This document shows positions 49,919 through 60,544 of a DNA stretch of 64,000 bases, in pieces. The position numbers and the translations under genes were made by a program. This DNA comes from an uncultured delta proteobacterium (GTDB lineage Bacteria; Myxococcota_A; UBA9160; UBA4427), in the NCBI GenBank assembly GCA_963822965.1, contig CAWGJT010000010.1, positions 640,001 through 704,000 on the forward strand. The letters run 5' to 3'. The notes under the pieces were generated by a model, which worked only from the letters and a program-made list of their open reading frames with translations, made no database searches and was not told the origin of the DNA. How positions within the stretch are numbered: the first letter of the stretch is position 1; every line of letters begins with the position of its first letter.

Positions 49919-50758
49919 TCACTTGCCCTCGAAGTCCGCTCGCTGCTTGGCGGCCATCGCCTGATAGCCCCGCGCCATGTCGTCGGATGCGAAGAGCACC
50001 GATGCGCTGGCCGCCTCGAAGCGCAGGGCTTCCGACAGCCCCCGCTCCATCCAGTGGTTCACGGTGCGCTTGATGCCCTGCACCGCCAGGGGCGCGTTGG
50101 CGGCGATCTCGTCCGCCAGCGCCCGGGTATGCGCTACGAGGTCTTTGCGGGGCACCACCTCCTGCACGATGCCGATGCGCAGGGCGGTCTCGGCGTCGAT
50201 GCGCCGGCCCGTGAAGGCGAGCAGCTTGGTCCAGCCGGCGCCGATCTCGCTCGCGAGCCGCATGTCGCCGCCCGCGTCGATGGAGACGCCCACCCGAGGC
50301 TCGGGCAGCGCGAAGCGGGCGTCGTCCGCGGCAATGCGGATGTCGCCCATCATGGCCACCTCGAGCCCCGCGCCGAGGCAGAAGCCGTGGATCGCCATCA
50401 ACACCGGTTGGGGAAGCTGCGAGAGCACCTGGAAGCGCTCGTGGACCCAGCGGAAGCGTTCGTAGTAATTTCGCACCTTCTCGGCCGGCGAGCGGCCGGT
50501 GATCCGGTCCTCGGGCATGCCCAGGTCGACCCCGGCGCAGAAGGCGCGTCCCTCGGCGCGGACGATCACCACGCGGATGCCGTCGTCGAAGCGGATGCGG
50601 TCCGCCAGCGCGGTGATCTGGCGCGCCGACTCCCAGCTCCAGGCGTTGAGCTTCTCGGGGCGGTTCAGGACGATGGTCGCGACGTTGCCGTCGACCTCGA
50701 GGTCCATGTAGGCGGGGGCCTCGGGGCCGGCGCCGGGGGCGGGAGTGCTGTCGGACAC
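49919..50758 (-). CDS. Enoyl-CoA hydratase/isomerase
   Basis: LNRPEKLNA, FCAGVDL, GAGLE, FALPE. Confidence 0.92.
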   Translation of the reverse strand: MSDSTPAPGAGPEAPAYMDLEVDGNVATIVLNRPEKLNAWSWESARQITALADRIRFDDGIRVVIVRAEGRAFCAGVDLGMPEDRITGRSPAEKVRNYYERFRWVHERFQVLSQLPQPVLMAIHGFCLGAGLEVAMMGDIRIAADDARFALPEPRVGVSIDAGGDMRLASEIGAGWTKLLAFTGRRIDAETALRIGIVQEVVPRKDLVAHTRALADEIAANAPLAVQGIKRTVNHWMERGLSEALRFEAASASVLFASDDMARGYQAMAAKQRADFEGK

Positions 50759-50819
50759 CTGGGATCTCCTCGCGTGGCGGGATGCTTCGCGCCGGCCGGT
50801 CTCGCGGCCTGCTGCGCCT

Positions 50820-51692
50820 TCACTCGAGCTCGAACGGTCCCTTGCCGAGCTGCTCGCGGATGGGCACGAACTCGGGCATCAGCATGGCGCGCCGCTGCCA
50901 GTTGGCGCCGTCCACCACCAGGGTGTGGCCGCTGATGTAGGAGGCGTAGGGCGACGCCAGGAACGTGGCGGCCCAGCCGAGCTCGTGCGGGTAGCCCACG
51001 CGCATGGCGGGGGAGCGGGCTCCGTCGTTCTTGCGTCGCTCGGGCACCGAGCGGATGGCCTGCACCTCGTCATCATGGGGGAAGAGACCGGGCACCAGGG
51101 CGTTCACCCGGATGCCGTACGGGCCCCACTCGACGGCCAGGGTCTCGGTGAGGTTCTTGACGCCGGCCTTGCCGGCCGCGGAATGGGCGAAGCCGGGACC
51201 GCCGGTCCAGGCGTAGGCCGCGCCGATGTTGATGATGCTGCCGGGCGCGCCGACCGCGATGTGTCGCCGGCCGAACTCGCGGGAGCAGTAGAACGTGCCG
51301 TTCAGCACGATGTCCACCACCGTGCGCCAGGCGTTCGGGCTCATGTCCTCGGCGGGTACGGGGAAGTTGCCCGCCGCGTTGTTGACGAGCACCGCCGGCA
51401 GGCCGAGCTGCCTCTCCACGGCGGCGAAGGCCTCGGCGACCTGGTCGGGCTGGCGCACGTCGCAGGCGATCCCCACCCCGCTGGATCCGACGGCTTCGAT
51501 GGCCGCCACGCCGGCCTCGCGATGCTCGGGCTTCCGGGACAGGACGGCGATGCGGGCGCCCAGGCGCGCGAACTCGACGGCCATCGCCTTGCCGAGCCCG
51601 GTTCCGCCGCCGGTGACGACGACGGTCTGTCCTTCGAAGGTTCCCGCCGGCAGGGCGGAGGCGCCCAGCGCCGGGGGCTCGGGAAGACCCAT
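50820..51692 (-). CDS. SDR, 2,4-dienoyl-CoA reductase-like
   Basis: TGGGTGLG, NNAAGNF, HSAAGKAG, LAVEWGPYGIRVN. Confidence 0.9.
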   Translation of the reverse strand: MGLPEPPALGASALPAGTFEGQTVVVTGGGTGLGKAMAVEFARLGARIAVLSRKPEHREAGVAAIEAVGSSGVGIACDVRQPDQVAEAFAAVERQLGLPAVLVNNAAGNFPVPAEDMSPNAWRTVVDIVLNGTFYCSREFGRRHIAVGAPGSIINIGAAYAWTGGPGFAHSAAGKAGVKNLTETLAVEWGPYGIRVNALVPGLFPHDDEVQAIRSVPERRKNDGARSPAMRVGYPHELGWAATFLASPYASYISGHTLVVDGANWQRRAMLMPEFVPIREQLGKGPFELE

Positions 51693-51865
51693 GTGGATGA
51701 TCGCTCCTCGTTCCGTTCACCGGCTCGTCGCCGGGTCGGCGTCCGCTCGCCCGGATCCTCCGGCTCGCGCGCCTCCGATTCGCTCGGTCGTGGCCCCGGT
51801 GGCGGGGCCGGCCATGATAGCTTCTGGGGGCGCGGTGCGAGGCCCGGCCGGCGTCAGGAGAAGCG

Positions 51866-52645
51866 ATGAGCGAGCTCGTCACCCTCGAGTACGACGGACC
51901 GGTCGCCGTGCTCAGCAACAACCGACCCGAGAAGCACAACGCCGCGAACGACGCCATGGACCGCCGGCTCTTCGCGTGCCTGGAGGAGCTGCGCGAGCGT
52001 CGAGACGTGCGGGCCGTCGTGTGGCGGGGCAACGGCAAGTCCTTCTCCTCGGGCCGGGACACCTCGGAGCTGGGCGTCCGCAGCGAGGACATCACCGACT
52101 TCGAGTTCATCGAGCGTGGCCACGCGGGAACACGCGGCTTCTTCTCGTTGCCGTGCCCGATGCTGGCGGCCCTCAAGGGCTGGGTGATCGGCGGGTCCTT
52201 CGAGCGCGCCCTGCTCTGCGACCTGCGGATCGCTGCCGAGAGCACCCGCATGATGTTGCCCGAGATCGGTCATGGCGTGGTTCCCGACTCGGGCGGCACG
52301 GCGCGTCTCTTCCAGATGGCGGGGCACGGTCTGGTGGCGGAGCTGGCGCTCACGGGCCGGCCCATGGACGCCCAGGAGGCCCTGCGCCACGGCGTGGTCT
52401 CGCGGGTGGTCCCGGACGCCGAGCTCGACGAGACGGCCCTCGAGATCGCCCACACCATCGCGAAGGCACCGCCCTTCGCGGTGAAGATGTTCCGGCGCAC
52501 CCTCGACCGGCTGGCGACCCCTCTGGTGGAGCGCTCGATGCAGGAGGAGGCCGTCGCGCAGTCGCTGGTCTTCGCGTCCGAGGACTACGCCGAGACGAAG
52601 CGGGCGCGCGCCGAGGGGCGCCCGCCGGTCTACCGGGGGCGGTGA
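51866..52645 (+). CDS. Enoyl-CoA hydratase/isomerase
   Basis: NRPEKHNA, FSSGRD, GGSFE, LPE. Confidence 0.9.
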   Translation: MSELVTLEYDGPVAVLSNNRPEKHNAANDAMDRRLFACLEELRERRDVRAVVWRGNGKSFSSGRDTSELGVRSEDITDFEFIERGHAGTRGFFSLPCPMLAALKGWVIGGSFERALLCDLRIAAESTRMMLPEIGHGVVPDSGGTARLFQMAGHGLVAELALTGRPMDAQEALRHGVVSRVVPDAELDETALEIAHTIAKAPPFAVKMFRRTLDRLATPLVERSMQEEAVAQSLVFASEDYAETKRARAEGRPPVYRGR

Positions 52646-52648
52646 GGC

Positions 52649-53485
52649 ATGTCGGACACCCAGCAATCGGTGGACACCCGACGGCTCGTCGAGACTGGGA
52701 GCGACACGCTCCTGTGCCGGGTGGAGGACCGGGTGGCGGTGCTCACCCTGAACCGGCCCGAGTCGCGCAACGCCCTCTCGATGGAGCTCAAGGAGGCTCT
52801 CCAGCGCGCCATCGATGTCCTCGGGTGCGACGACGGCGTCGGCTGTCTGCTGCTCACCGGTGCCGGTCCGGCCTTCTGCTCGGGAGGCGACACCAAGTCG
52901 ATGGCCGCCCAGGGACGGCCGCCCTCCATGGAGGATCGCCAGAAGCAGCTGCGCTGGGAGCACCGGCTGCCGGCGAAGATCCACGCGCTGCCGAAGCCCG
53001 TGGTGGCGGCGCTGCCCGGGGCGGCCGCGGGGGCGGGCTTCTCCCTGGCTCTCGCCTGCGATCTCCGCATCGCCGCCGAGAGTGCCTTCCTGATGACCTC
53101 GTTCTCGCGGCTCGGTCTCTCCGGCGACTACGGCGGCAGCTGGTTCCTCACGCAGCTCGTGGGGACGGCCCGGGCCCGGGAGCTGTACTTCACCAACCGC
53201 CGGGTGCCGGCGGCGGAGTGCCTGGCCCTCGGCCTGGTGAACCGCGTCGTGCCCGACGCGGAGCTGCCCGCCGAGGCGTTCGCCCTGTGCCGGGAGATCG
53301 CGGCGGGGCCGCCGGTCGCGCATCGCTTCATGAAGGCCAATCTGAACCGCGCCCAGCACGGCGACCTGCAGACCTGCCTCGACTACGAGGCGGATCGCAT
53401 GGTGCGCGGCGCCATGACCGAAGACTACCAGGAGGCGGTCGCCGCCTTCGCCGAGAAGCGGCCGCCGGCGTTCCGGGGACGCTGA
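52649..53485 (+). CDS. Enoyl-CoA hydratase/isomerase
   Basis: LNRPESRNAL, FCSGGD, GAAAGAG, GLSGDYGG. Confidence 0.92.
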   Translation: MSDTQQSVDTRRLVETGSDTLLCRVEDRVAVLTLNRPESRNALSMELKEALQRAIDVLGCDDGVGCLLLTGAGPAFCSGGDTKSMAAQGRPPSMEDRQKQLRWEHRLPAKIHALPKPVVAALPGAAAGAGFSLALACDLRIAAESAFLMTSFSRLGLSGDYGGSWFLTQLVGTARARELYFTNRRVPAAECLALGLVNRVVPDAELPAEAFALCREIAAGPPVAHRFMKANLNRAQHGDLQTCLDYEADRMVRGAMTEDYQEAVAAFAEKRPPAFRGR

Positions 53486-53512
53486 CCGGCTCACCCGCGA
53501 TCCGGAGGTGTC

Positions 53513-54583
53513 GTGTCCGATCTCGTCGCGCTTCCCGCCCAGCCCCGGGACACGCCGTGGCCCACCGTCGCCTGGCCGGAGGGCGCGCCCCGGGCGGAAG
53601 TGGACCGCGCCGCCCTGGACGGGCTGCTCGACCACGCCCTCGCCCAGCCCGCGGATCTCGGCCAGACGAACGCGGTGGTGGTCGTGCACGGCGGGCGGAT
53701 CGTGGCCGAGCGCTACGCGGACGACGTCGAGCCCGCCACCCCGCACATCTCGTGGTCGATGGCGAAGAGCATCCTGCACGCCGCCGTGGGGCTCCTCGTG
53801 GGCGACGGTCGCCTCACACTCGACGCTCCGAGCGGCCTTCCCTACTGGAGCGATCCGGGCGATCCGCGCCGGGCCATCACGCTGGATCAGCTGCTCGAGA
53901 TGCGGAGCGGCCTGCGCTTCCGCGAGGACTACGTCGACGACCAACAGTCGGACGTGATCGAGATGCTCTTCCAGAGCGGCAAGAACGACGTGGCGCGCTT
54001 CGCGGCGGGCTCTCCCCTGGAGCACCCGCCGGGATCGTTCTTCAGCTATTCGAGCGGCACCAGCAACCTGGTCTCGGCGATGGTCTCCGGCGTGCTGGGA
54101 GCCGGCGAGCCCGTGGAGCGCTTCCTGCGCGAGCGACTCTTCGAGCCCGTCGGGATGGCGAGCCCGAGCCTGCGCTTCGACGAGGCCGGGACCTGGATCG
54201 CGTCGTCGTTCGTCTTCGCCACGGCGCGGGACTTTGCGCGCTTCGGGCTCCTCTACCTGCGGGACGGGATGTGGCAGGGCCGGCGTCTACTGCCGCCGGG
54301 CTGGGTCGACCGGGCGCGCCGGCTGACCGCGCCGGCCGACCGCGAGACCTTCGCGTACGGCGCCCACTGGTGGGTGGTGCCGGGAAGCCTCGGGGTCTTC
54401 CAGGCCCAGGGCTACAACGGCCAACGCATCACCGTCGTGCCCGGGCTCGACCTCGTGGTGGTGCGGCTCGGCGTGACGCCCGCCGACCTCGCGCGCCATC
54501 TCAACACCTGGATGAAGGGGGTGGTGGACGCCTTCCGGCCGGCGAAACGGGAGCCGCAGGCGTCCGGCGCGGACGTGGCGTAA
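53513..54583 (+). CDS. Serine hydrolase, beta-lactamase class C/NylB-like
   Basis: SWSMAKS (SxxK), LLEMRSG, FSYSSG, DFARFGLLYL, GYNGQ. Confidence 0.9.
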   Translation: MSDLVALPAQPRDTPWPTVAWPEGAPRAEVDRAALDGLLDHALAQPADLGQTNAVVVVHGGRIVAERYADDVEPATPHISWSMAKSILHAAVGLLVGDGRLTLDAPSGLPYWSDPGDPRRAITLDQLLEMRSGLRFREDYVDDQQSDVIEMLFQSGKNDVARFAAGSPLEHPPGSFFSYSSGTSNLVSAMVSGVLGAGEPVERFLRERLFEPVGMASPSLRFDEAGTWIASSFVFATARDFARFGLLYLRDGMWQGRRLLPPGWVDRARRLTAPADRETFAYGAHWWVVPGSLGVFQAQGYNGQRITVVPGLDLVVVRLGVTPADLARHLNTWMKGVVDAFRPAKREPQASGADVA

Positions 54584-54618
54584 CGTCCCGCACGTCGACA
54601 CCGGAGGGCGTGACTACG

Positions 54619-55389
54619 GTGCAAGCGGCGCGAGACCAGGACGGCGCTCCCCTCGACCGGGCCGACGGGACCCCGCGGCCCGTCGGGCGGCCGCGTTGGA
54701 TCGAGGCGATCGAGCTCGCTGCGATCGTGGCCTTCGCGCTCGCGTGGGGTGCGGTGTTGCTGCGGCTGGTCTCGGTGACGCCGCCGCTGCGCTGGCTCTG
54801 GCTGCTGCCCGTCGCCGGGCTTGCAGGTGTCGTGGCGGCGGACCTCGCCAGCGGTCTGGTGCACTGGTTCGCGGACACCTACTTCGACCCGCGCACCCCG
54901 GTGGTGGGGCCGCTGCTGATCGAGCCGTTCCGCGAGCACCACCGGGATCCCGAGGGCATCGCGCACCACGGCTTCCTGGAGCTCTCGGGGAACAATGCCC
55001 TGGTCACCCTGCCGCTGGCCGGGGCGCTGCTCTGGGCGGGCGAGCCGGGCGACGAGCTACCGGGACAGGTGCTGCACGCGTTCGTGGCAACCCTGGCGCT
55101 GGCGCTCTTCAGCACGAACCTGTTCCACGCCTGGGCCCATCACCCGGATCCGCCGCGGCTGGCCCAGGGCCTGCAGCGGGCCCGCCTGGTGCTGCCGCCC
55201 GCGGTGCACGCGCGCCATCACCGAGGCGATCACGACGCGAGCTACTGCGTGACCGGGGGCTGGCTCAATCCGCTGCTCGATCGGCTGCGGCTCTTCGCAC
55301 GGCTGGAGCGCGGCCTGGCTCGCGTCGGCATCGGCCGGCAGGGAGCCGGCGCCCGGGTCAGGGCGCGCGCTCGCGCAGGCGCGCCGTGA
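54619..55389 (+). CDS. carF: CarF/TMEM189-type lipid desaturase (candidate plasmanylethanolamine desaturase)
   Basis: ADLASGLVHWFADT, FREHHRDP, HAWAH, HARHH, YCVTGGWLNPLLD; start may be GTG 54610 or 54619. Confidence 0.85.
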   Translation: MQAARDQDGAPLDRADGTPRPVGRPRWIEAIELAAIVAFALAWGAVLLRLVSVTPPLRWLWLLPVAGLAGVVAADLASGLVHWFADTYFDPRTPVVGPLLIEPFREHHRDPEGIAHHGFLELSGNNALVTLPLAGALLWAGEPGDELPGQVLHAFVATLALALFSTNLFHAWAHHPDPPRLAQGLQRARLVLPPAVHARHHRGDHDASYCVTGGWLNPLLDRLRLFARLERGLARVGIGRQGAGARVRARARAGAP

Positions 55390-56471
55390 TCTCCGCCAGG
55401 ATCGAGACGGCGATCTCGGCGGGAGAGCGCGCGCCGATGTCCAGCCCGACCGGGCCGTGGATGCGCGCGAGCGCGGCGGGCTCGAGCCCCAGCGCCCCGA
55501 GCCGCTCGAGGCGGCGGGTCTGGGTCCGTCGGCTGCCCAGGCTGCCCACGTAGAACGCGGGGGAGCGGAGCGCCACGGCCAGGGCCGGGTCGTCCAGCTT
55601 CGGATCGTGGGTCAGGGTGACGACGGCGGTGCGCGTGTCCAGCGCGAGCTTCATCAGCGCCTCGTCGGGCCAATCGTCCACGCGCAAGGTCTCGGGAAAG
55701 CGAGCCGCGCTGGCGAAGGCGCCGCGCGGGTCGACGACCGTCACCTCGTAGCCGACCTCCCGCGCCATGCGCGAGAGCGGCTGGGCGATGTGGACGGCCC
55801 CGACGATCACCAGGCGAAGCGGCGGGTTGAAGGGCTGCAGGAAGAGCGGCCCGGCGTCCCGCTCCAGCAGGCGGGGCGCGTCGTCGCGCAGCACCCGACG
55901 CACGGCGTCCGCGAGCGCGGCCTCTTCCGAGGGCGCACTCCCGGCCTCTTCTCCGGCCTCTTCTCCGGCCTCTTCTCCGGCCTCTTCTCCTGTCTCTTCT
56001 CCGGGGGGGCGCGTCGCGTGCAGGACCTCGCGGCGGGCCGATCCCAGATCGACCGCCAGCACGGCGGGACGCTTGTCGGTGCGCGCGGCCTGCAGGCGCG
56101 GCAGCCATTCGCCGCCGTCCCGCCCACCCGCGCCGACCACGCGATCGACGAGCACCTGGATGCTGCCGCCGCAGGCGAGGCCCACCTCCCAGGCGCTGCT
56201 CGTCGCTGACGCCGAACTCGAGCAGCTCGTGGCGGCCGGATTCGATCACGCCGCCCGCCGCCTCGACGACCGCGCCCTCCACGCAGCCCCCGGAGACCGA
56301 GCCCACCATGTCGCCGCCCTCGTCCACCGCCAGCAGGCTTCCCGCCGGACGCGGTGACGAGCCCCACGTGGCGATGACGGTGGCGAGCGCGACGCCGCGA
56401 CCCGCGTCGCGCCAGGCCACGACCTGGTCGAGCACGTCGAGGGTGAAGAAGGGCGTTGCGGGGGCGCTCAT
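55358..56471 (-). pseudogene. xdhC: XdhC/CoxF family molybdoenzyme accessory protein with +1 frameshift at about 56195 (possibly a sequencing error)
   Basis: TWGSSPRPAG, GSVSGGCVE; removing one base restores EQAWEVGLACGG; then VGAVHIA, LTHDPKLDD, YVGSLGS, PVGLDIGA..P.EIAVSI. Confidence 0.85.
55941..56000 (-). repeat. In-frame 12-bp tandem repeat, 5 copies, encoding (EEAG)n
   Basis: CCGGCCTCTTCT x4 plus CCTGTCTCTTCT on the plus strand. Confidence 0.92.
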
Positions 56472-56598
56472 CGACGCGGCAGGGTAACCCAGGCGATGGC
56501 CCGCGCGGCGCGGGCGAGGGCGCGCATCTGCGCTACCTCTCCGCCAGCCCCAGCGAGGCGCAGCCGGTGCGTGTCGAGGGAGCGTGGAGGGACGGCGG

Positions 56599-58045
56599 AT
56601 GGCGGCCGGCGGGGCCCGCGACGTGCGGGAGATCGAGCGCTTCGACGACGAGGTGGACGTCCTCGTGGTGGGCCTGGGCGCCGCCGGGGCGGCCACGGCG
56701 CTCGAGGCGGCGCGGGCGGGCGCCGAGACCTGGGTGGTGGAGCGGGCCAGCGGCGGCGGCGGCACGTCCGCCATGTCGGGCGGCGTGATCTACCTGGGCG
56801 GCGGGACGCCCATCCAGAAGGCGTGCGGGTTCGAGGACTCCCCCGACGAGATGTTCAAGTACCTGGTGGCCTGCGTGGGCGACGCGCCCGACGAGGACAA
56901 GATCCGGCTCTACTGCGACGAGAGCGTCGCGCACTTCCACTGGATCGCCGAGCAGGGCGTTCCCTTCAAGGAGAGCTTCTACTACGGCACCAGCGGCGAG
57001 CCGCCCACGGACGACGGCCTGGTGTGGTCGGGCTCCGAGCGGGTCCATCCCTTCAACGAGATCGCCGTTCCCGCGCCGCGCGGGCACCTGCCCCGGGGCG
57101 AGAACGCCGTGGGTCACCTGCTGATGCGTCACCTGGTGGCGGCCGTCGAGGCCAGTCCCGCTGCGATCCACAACGACACCCTGTGCACCCGCCTCGTGCT
57201 CGACCCGGACGGCGCGGTGGCCGGCGCCGTGCTGCGCAGCTTCGGCGAGGAGCGCAGCGTCCGCGTCCGCCGGGGCGTGGTGCTCACCACCGGTGGCTTC
57301 ATCAACGACCGCGAGATGATCCGCAAGCACTGCCCGCGCGTCGCCCGCTGCAAGGTGCGGATCGGCACCGAGGGCGACGACGGCAGCGGCGTGCGGCTCG
57401 GGGTGAGCGCCGGCGCCAACACCATCCACATGGACGCGGCCTCGATCTCGTTGCCGGTCACCGAGCCCTGGAGCCTCAAGCGCGGCGTTCTGGTCAACGC
57501 CCGCGGCCAGCGCTTCATCAACGAGGACGCCTACTACGGGCGGCTCGGGGAGCACGCGCTCTTCCACAACGACGGTCACGCGTGGCTCGTCGTGGACGAC
57601 GGCGTCTTCTGCCAGCCGAGCTATCCGCGCGACATCGCGGCCGTGGGCGAGAGCCCGGCCGAGCTCGAGCACGAGCTCGGGCTGCCCTCCGGCAGTCTCG
57701 AAGCCACGCTCGCGCTCTACAACCGCCACGCGGCGGAAGGGCGACGACCCGCTGTTCCACAAGCTCCCCGAGTACGTGACGCCCCTGGTGACGCCGCCCT
57801 TCGGCGCCTTCGACTGCACGACGGAGGGCTCGCTGTACGCGGCCTTCACCCTGGGCGGGCTGGAGACCGACGTGGACGGGCGGGTCCTCGACCCCGCCGG
57901 CGCGGCGATCCCCGGGCTCTACGGGGCCGGACGCGCCACCTCGGGCATCTCGGTCGGCGGCTACAGCAGCGGTCTCTCCCTGGGCGACGGCACCTTCTTC
58001 GGCCGCCGCGCCGGTCGCGCCGCCGCGCAGCGGCGCGAGAGCTGA
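56599..58045 (+). pseudogene. FAD-binding dehydrogenase, 3-ketosteroid dehydrogenase-like (Rv1817/delta4-5alpha type), +1 frameshift at 57739-57741 (possibly a sequencing error)
   Basis: VVGLGAAG, GGTSAMSGG, AVPAPRGH, GQRFINED; removing one G restores AEGDDPLFHK; then FTLGGL, IPGLYGAG, YSSGLSLGDGTFFGR. Confidence 0.82.
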
Positions 58046-58134
58046 TCGACGGATTCGCCCGCCGGGCAGCTGCCTCCGGCCTGGCAGGCGGCCCGGAGCG
58101 ATCGGCCGTGCGCAGGATACCTTCGGATCCTCGT

Positions 58135-59704
58135 TCAGGGGCGCATGGTGTAGCGGCGGGGGCCGGGGTGCCCGGTCACGTGGGCGGCGAGCTGGTGCTC
58201 CACCTCGTCCAGCCAGTCGCAGAGGCGCGGTCGCGTGTGGCGCGGGTCGATGAGATCGTGCACGCCGAACTCCTCGGCGCGCGGGAAGATCGACTGGGCG
58301 GCGGCCATCTCGTCTTCCAGCTCGCGCCGCCGGGCTTCCGGGTCGGCGGCCTGCTCGATCTCGGCGCGGTAGGCGAGAGCGACGCCGCCCTCGACGGGCA
58401 GGGCGCCGCTCTCCGCGGACGGCCAGGCGACGACGGTGCTCGCCGGCCCCAGGTGGATGCCCTGGGCCACGCCGAAGGCCTTGCGGAGAACCACCGCGAA
58501 CCACGGCACCGTCGTCTGCAGCACCGCGAACATGGCCTCCATGCCGTGACGGATGGTGGCGGCGCGCTCCGCGGCCTCGCCGATCATGAAGCCCGGCTCG
58601 TCGACGAAGCTCACGATGGGCAGGTGGAAGCTGTCGCACGGTCTCGACGAAGCGGCGGATCTTCTGGGCGCCTTCGGCGGTCATGGCGCCGCCGTCGTGG
58701 TGGCAGTCGTTGGCCAGCACGCCGACCGAGTGCCCGTCGATGCGGGCCAGCCCGGTGACCTGGCTGCGGCCGAAGCCCGGGGTCATCTCGAAGAAGGAGC
58801 CCCGGTCGACCACCAGCTCGATCACCCGGCGGATCTTGTAGGCGCGGCGGCGGTTGCGCGGGATGATCTCGAGCAGCTCCGCCTCCTCGCGCGAGCGCGG
58901 GTCGCCCAGGTCGAAGACGGGCGGTGCCTCCCAGACGCTCGCGGGCAGGTACGACAGGAACTTCCGGGTCTGCCGCCAGACGTCCGCCTCGTCCTCGGCC
59001 ACGTTGTCGACGACGCCGCTGCGCCCGTGGACCCGTGCGCTGCCGAGATCCTCCTTGCTCGTCTTCTCGTGCAGCGCGCGCTCCACCAGGGCGGGCCCGC
59101 CCGTCAGCACCTGGGCGGTGTCCCGCGTCATGATCGACAGATGCGAGGCGACGAGACGGCCGGCGGGAAAGCCCGCGACGGGACCGAGAGCGGCGCAGAC
59201 CACCGGCACGTTGGCGAGGGTCTGCATGCACAGCAGGTTGAGCGACGCCGGGGCCGTCAAGTCGTAGCCCGAGCGCCCGCGGGTTCCGCTGGCGCCCGCG
59301 ATCGAGGCGCCGCCGGCCTCGAGGAGGCGCACCAGGGGGATCCGGCGGCGCACGGCCAGCTCGTCCGCGTAGAGGCCCTTCTTGAGCCCGACCGCCGAGT
59401 AGGCCGCGCCGCGGATGGTGAAGTCGTCGCCGCACACCACCACCCGGCGGCCGTCGACGCGCGCGGTTCCCACCACCACGTTCGCCGGGGTGAAGGAGGC
59501 CAGCCGGCCTTCCGCGTCGAGCTCGCCGGCGCCGGCGACGCCGCCGTGCTCCCGGAAGCTGTCCCGGTCGACCAGCGCGGCAATCCGCTCGCGGACGGTG
59601 CCGCGACCTCGCGCGTGCTGCCTGGCGACGGCTTCGCTGCCGCCGTGGAGCGCGGCGAACTCCCGGCGCCGTGCGATGGCGTCCGCCTCGGGCTTCCAGC
59701 TCAT
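58135..59704 (-). pseudogene. Acyl-CoA carboxylase carboxyltransferase subunit with +1 frameshift at about 58640 (possibly a sequencing error)
   Basis: RERIAALVD, DDFTIRG, GGPALV, GLARIDG; removing one base restores RFVETCDSFHLPIVSFVDEPGF; IDPRHTR. Confidence 0.85.
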
Positions 59705-59779
59705 GGCCGCGGACTCTATCACGGGATCCTGGGCGGCCGCGGGCCGGCCCGAGCGTGGCATGCCCTGCGGCTCCCTTGA

Positions 59780-60484
59780 CTAGGCCGCGGCGCGCCTGCG
59801 GCGAGTCGCCGCCACCCCCGCGAGCAGCGAGAGCCCCAGCAGCGTCGCGGTGCCAGGCTCGGGGACGGCCACCAGGTTGGCGGTGTGCTGGAAGTACCGC
59901 GCCTCGGCGCTGGGATCGCCCACGTCGAAGCTGAAGCCCGACTGTCCGAACGCCAGGCCGCAGGAGAGCCCGCCTCCGGAAGCCATACAGCTGCCCGTGA
60001 CCCGGGCGTCCACCAGGAAGGCGCTCGGCGTGCCGCCCACCGGCGTCATGCCGGCGAGCTGCGTCTGCGTGCCGGAGACCTGGGCGGTCTGGCCGGGGCC
60101 GACGATGTACGAGCCCCCCATGGCGATCAGCGAGAGCCCGGAAGCCTGGTAGTCGGTGTTCGTGAACACCACCTTCGAGACACCGTTGTCGCTGCCGCCT
60201 CCGACCGGCGTCAGGGCCAGCTCCAGCGCGCTCAGCGAGAACGAGAGCGTGAGGGCGCCGGAGTCGAGGTCGAGGGTCCCGACGACCGTCGCCACCGGGT
60301 CGCCCGACGGATCGAGCTCGAGGGTCTGGCTGCTGCCGCAGGCGACGGTCGAGCAGCCGAGGGCCTGGTCGAAGCCGCCTCCGGAGATGCCGAGAGCCTG
60401 GGCTTCGAGCGAGACGAAGCAGGGCAGGGTGCAAGCGAGCAGAGCACGAGCAGCAACGAGAGCGCTGGACCGATGGAACCGCAT
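59780..60484 (-). CDS. PEP-CTERM sorting domain protein
   Basis: Signal peptide; Gly/Ser/Thr-rich body with two Cys pairs; VPEPGTATLLGLSLLAGVAATRRRR. Confidence 0.88.
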   Translation of the reverse strand: MRFHRSSALVAARALLACTLPCFVSLEAQALGISGGGFDQALGCSTVACGSSQTLELDPSGDPVATVVGTLDLDSGALTLSFSLSALELALTPVGGGSDNGVSKVVFTNTDYQASGLSLIAMGGSYIVGPGQTAQVSGTQTQLAGMTPVGGTPSAFLVDARVTGSCMASGGGLSCGLAFGQSGFSFDVGDPSAEARYFQHTANLVAVPEPGTATLLGLSLLAGVAATRRRRAAA

Positions 60485-60544
60485 CTTTCCTCCCCACACC
60501 CCCTTCCCAAGGAGTCGAGGAGACCGCAACGCGCGTTCAGGTCC

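Noticed and set aside
51295..54609. 1364-aa ORF ending in the CarF domain
   Set aside because: The N-terminal part overlaps three real genes in another frame; CarF has its own SD at about 54603
56195..58641. Programmed ribosomal frameshifting at the three breaks
   Set aside because: No slippery heptamers or shared signal at the sites, and these families are not known to be recoded
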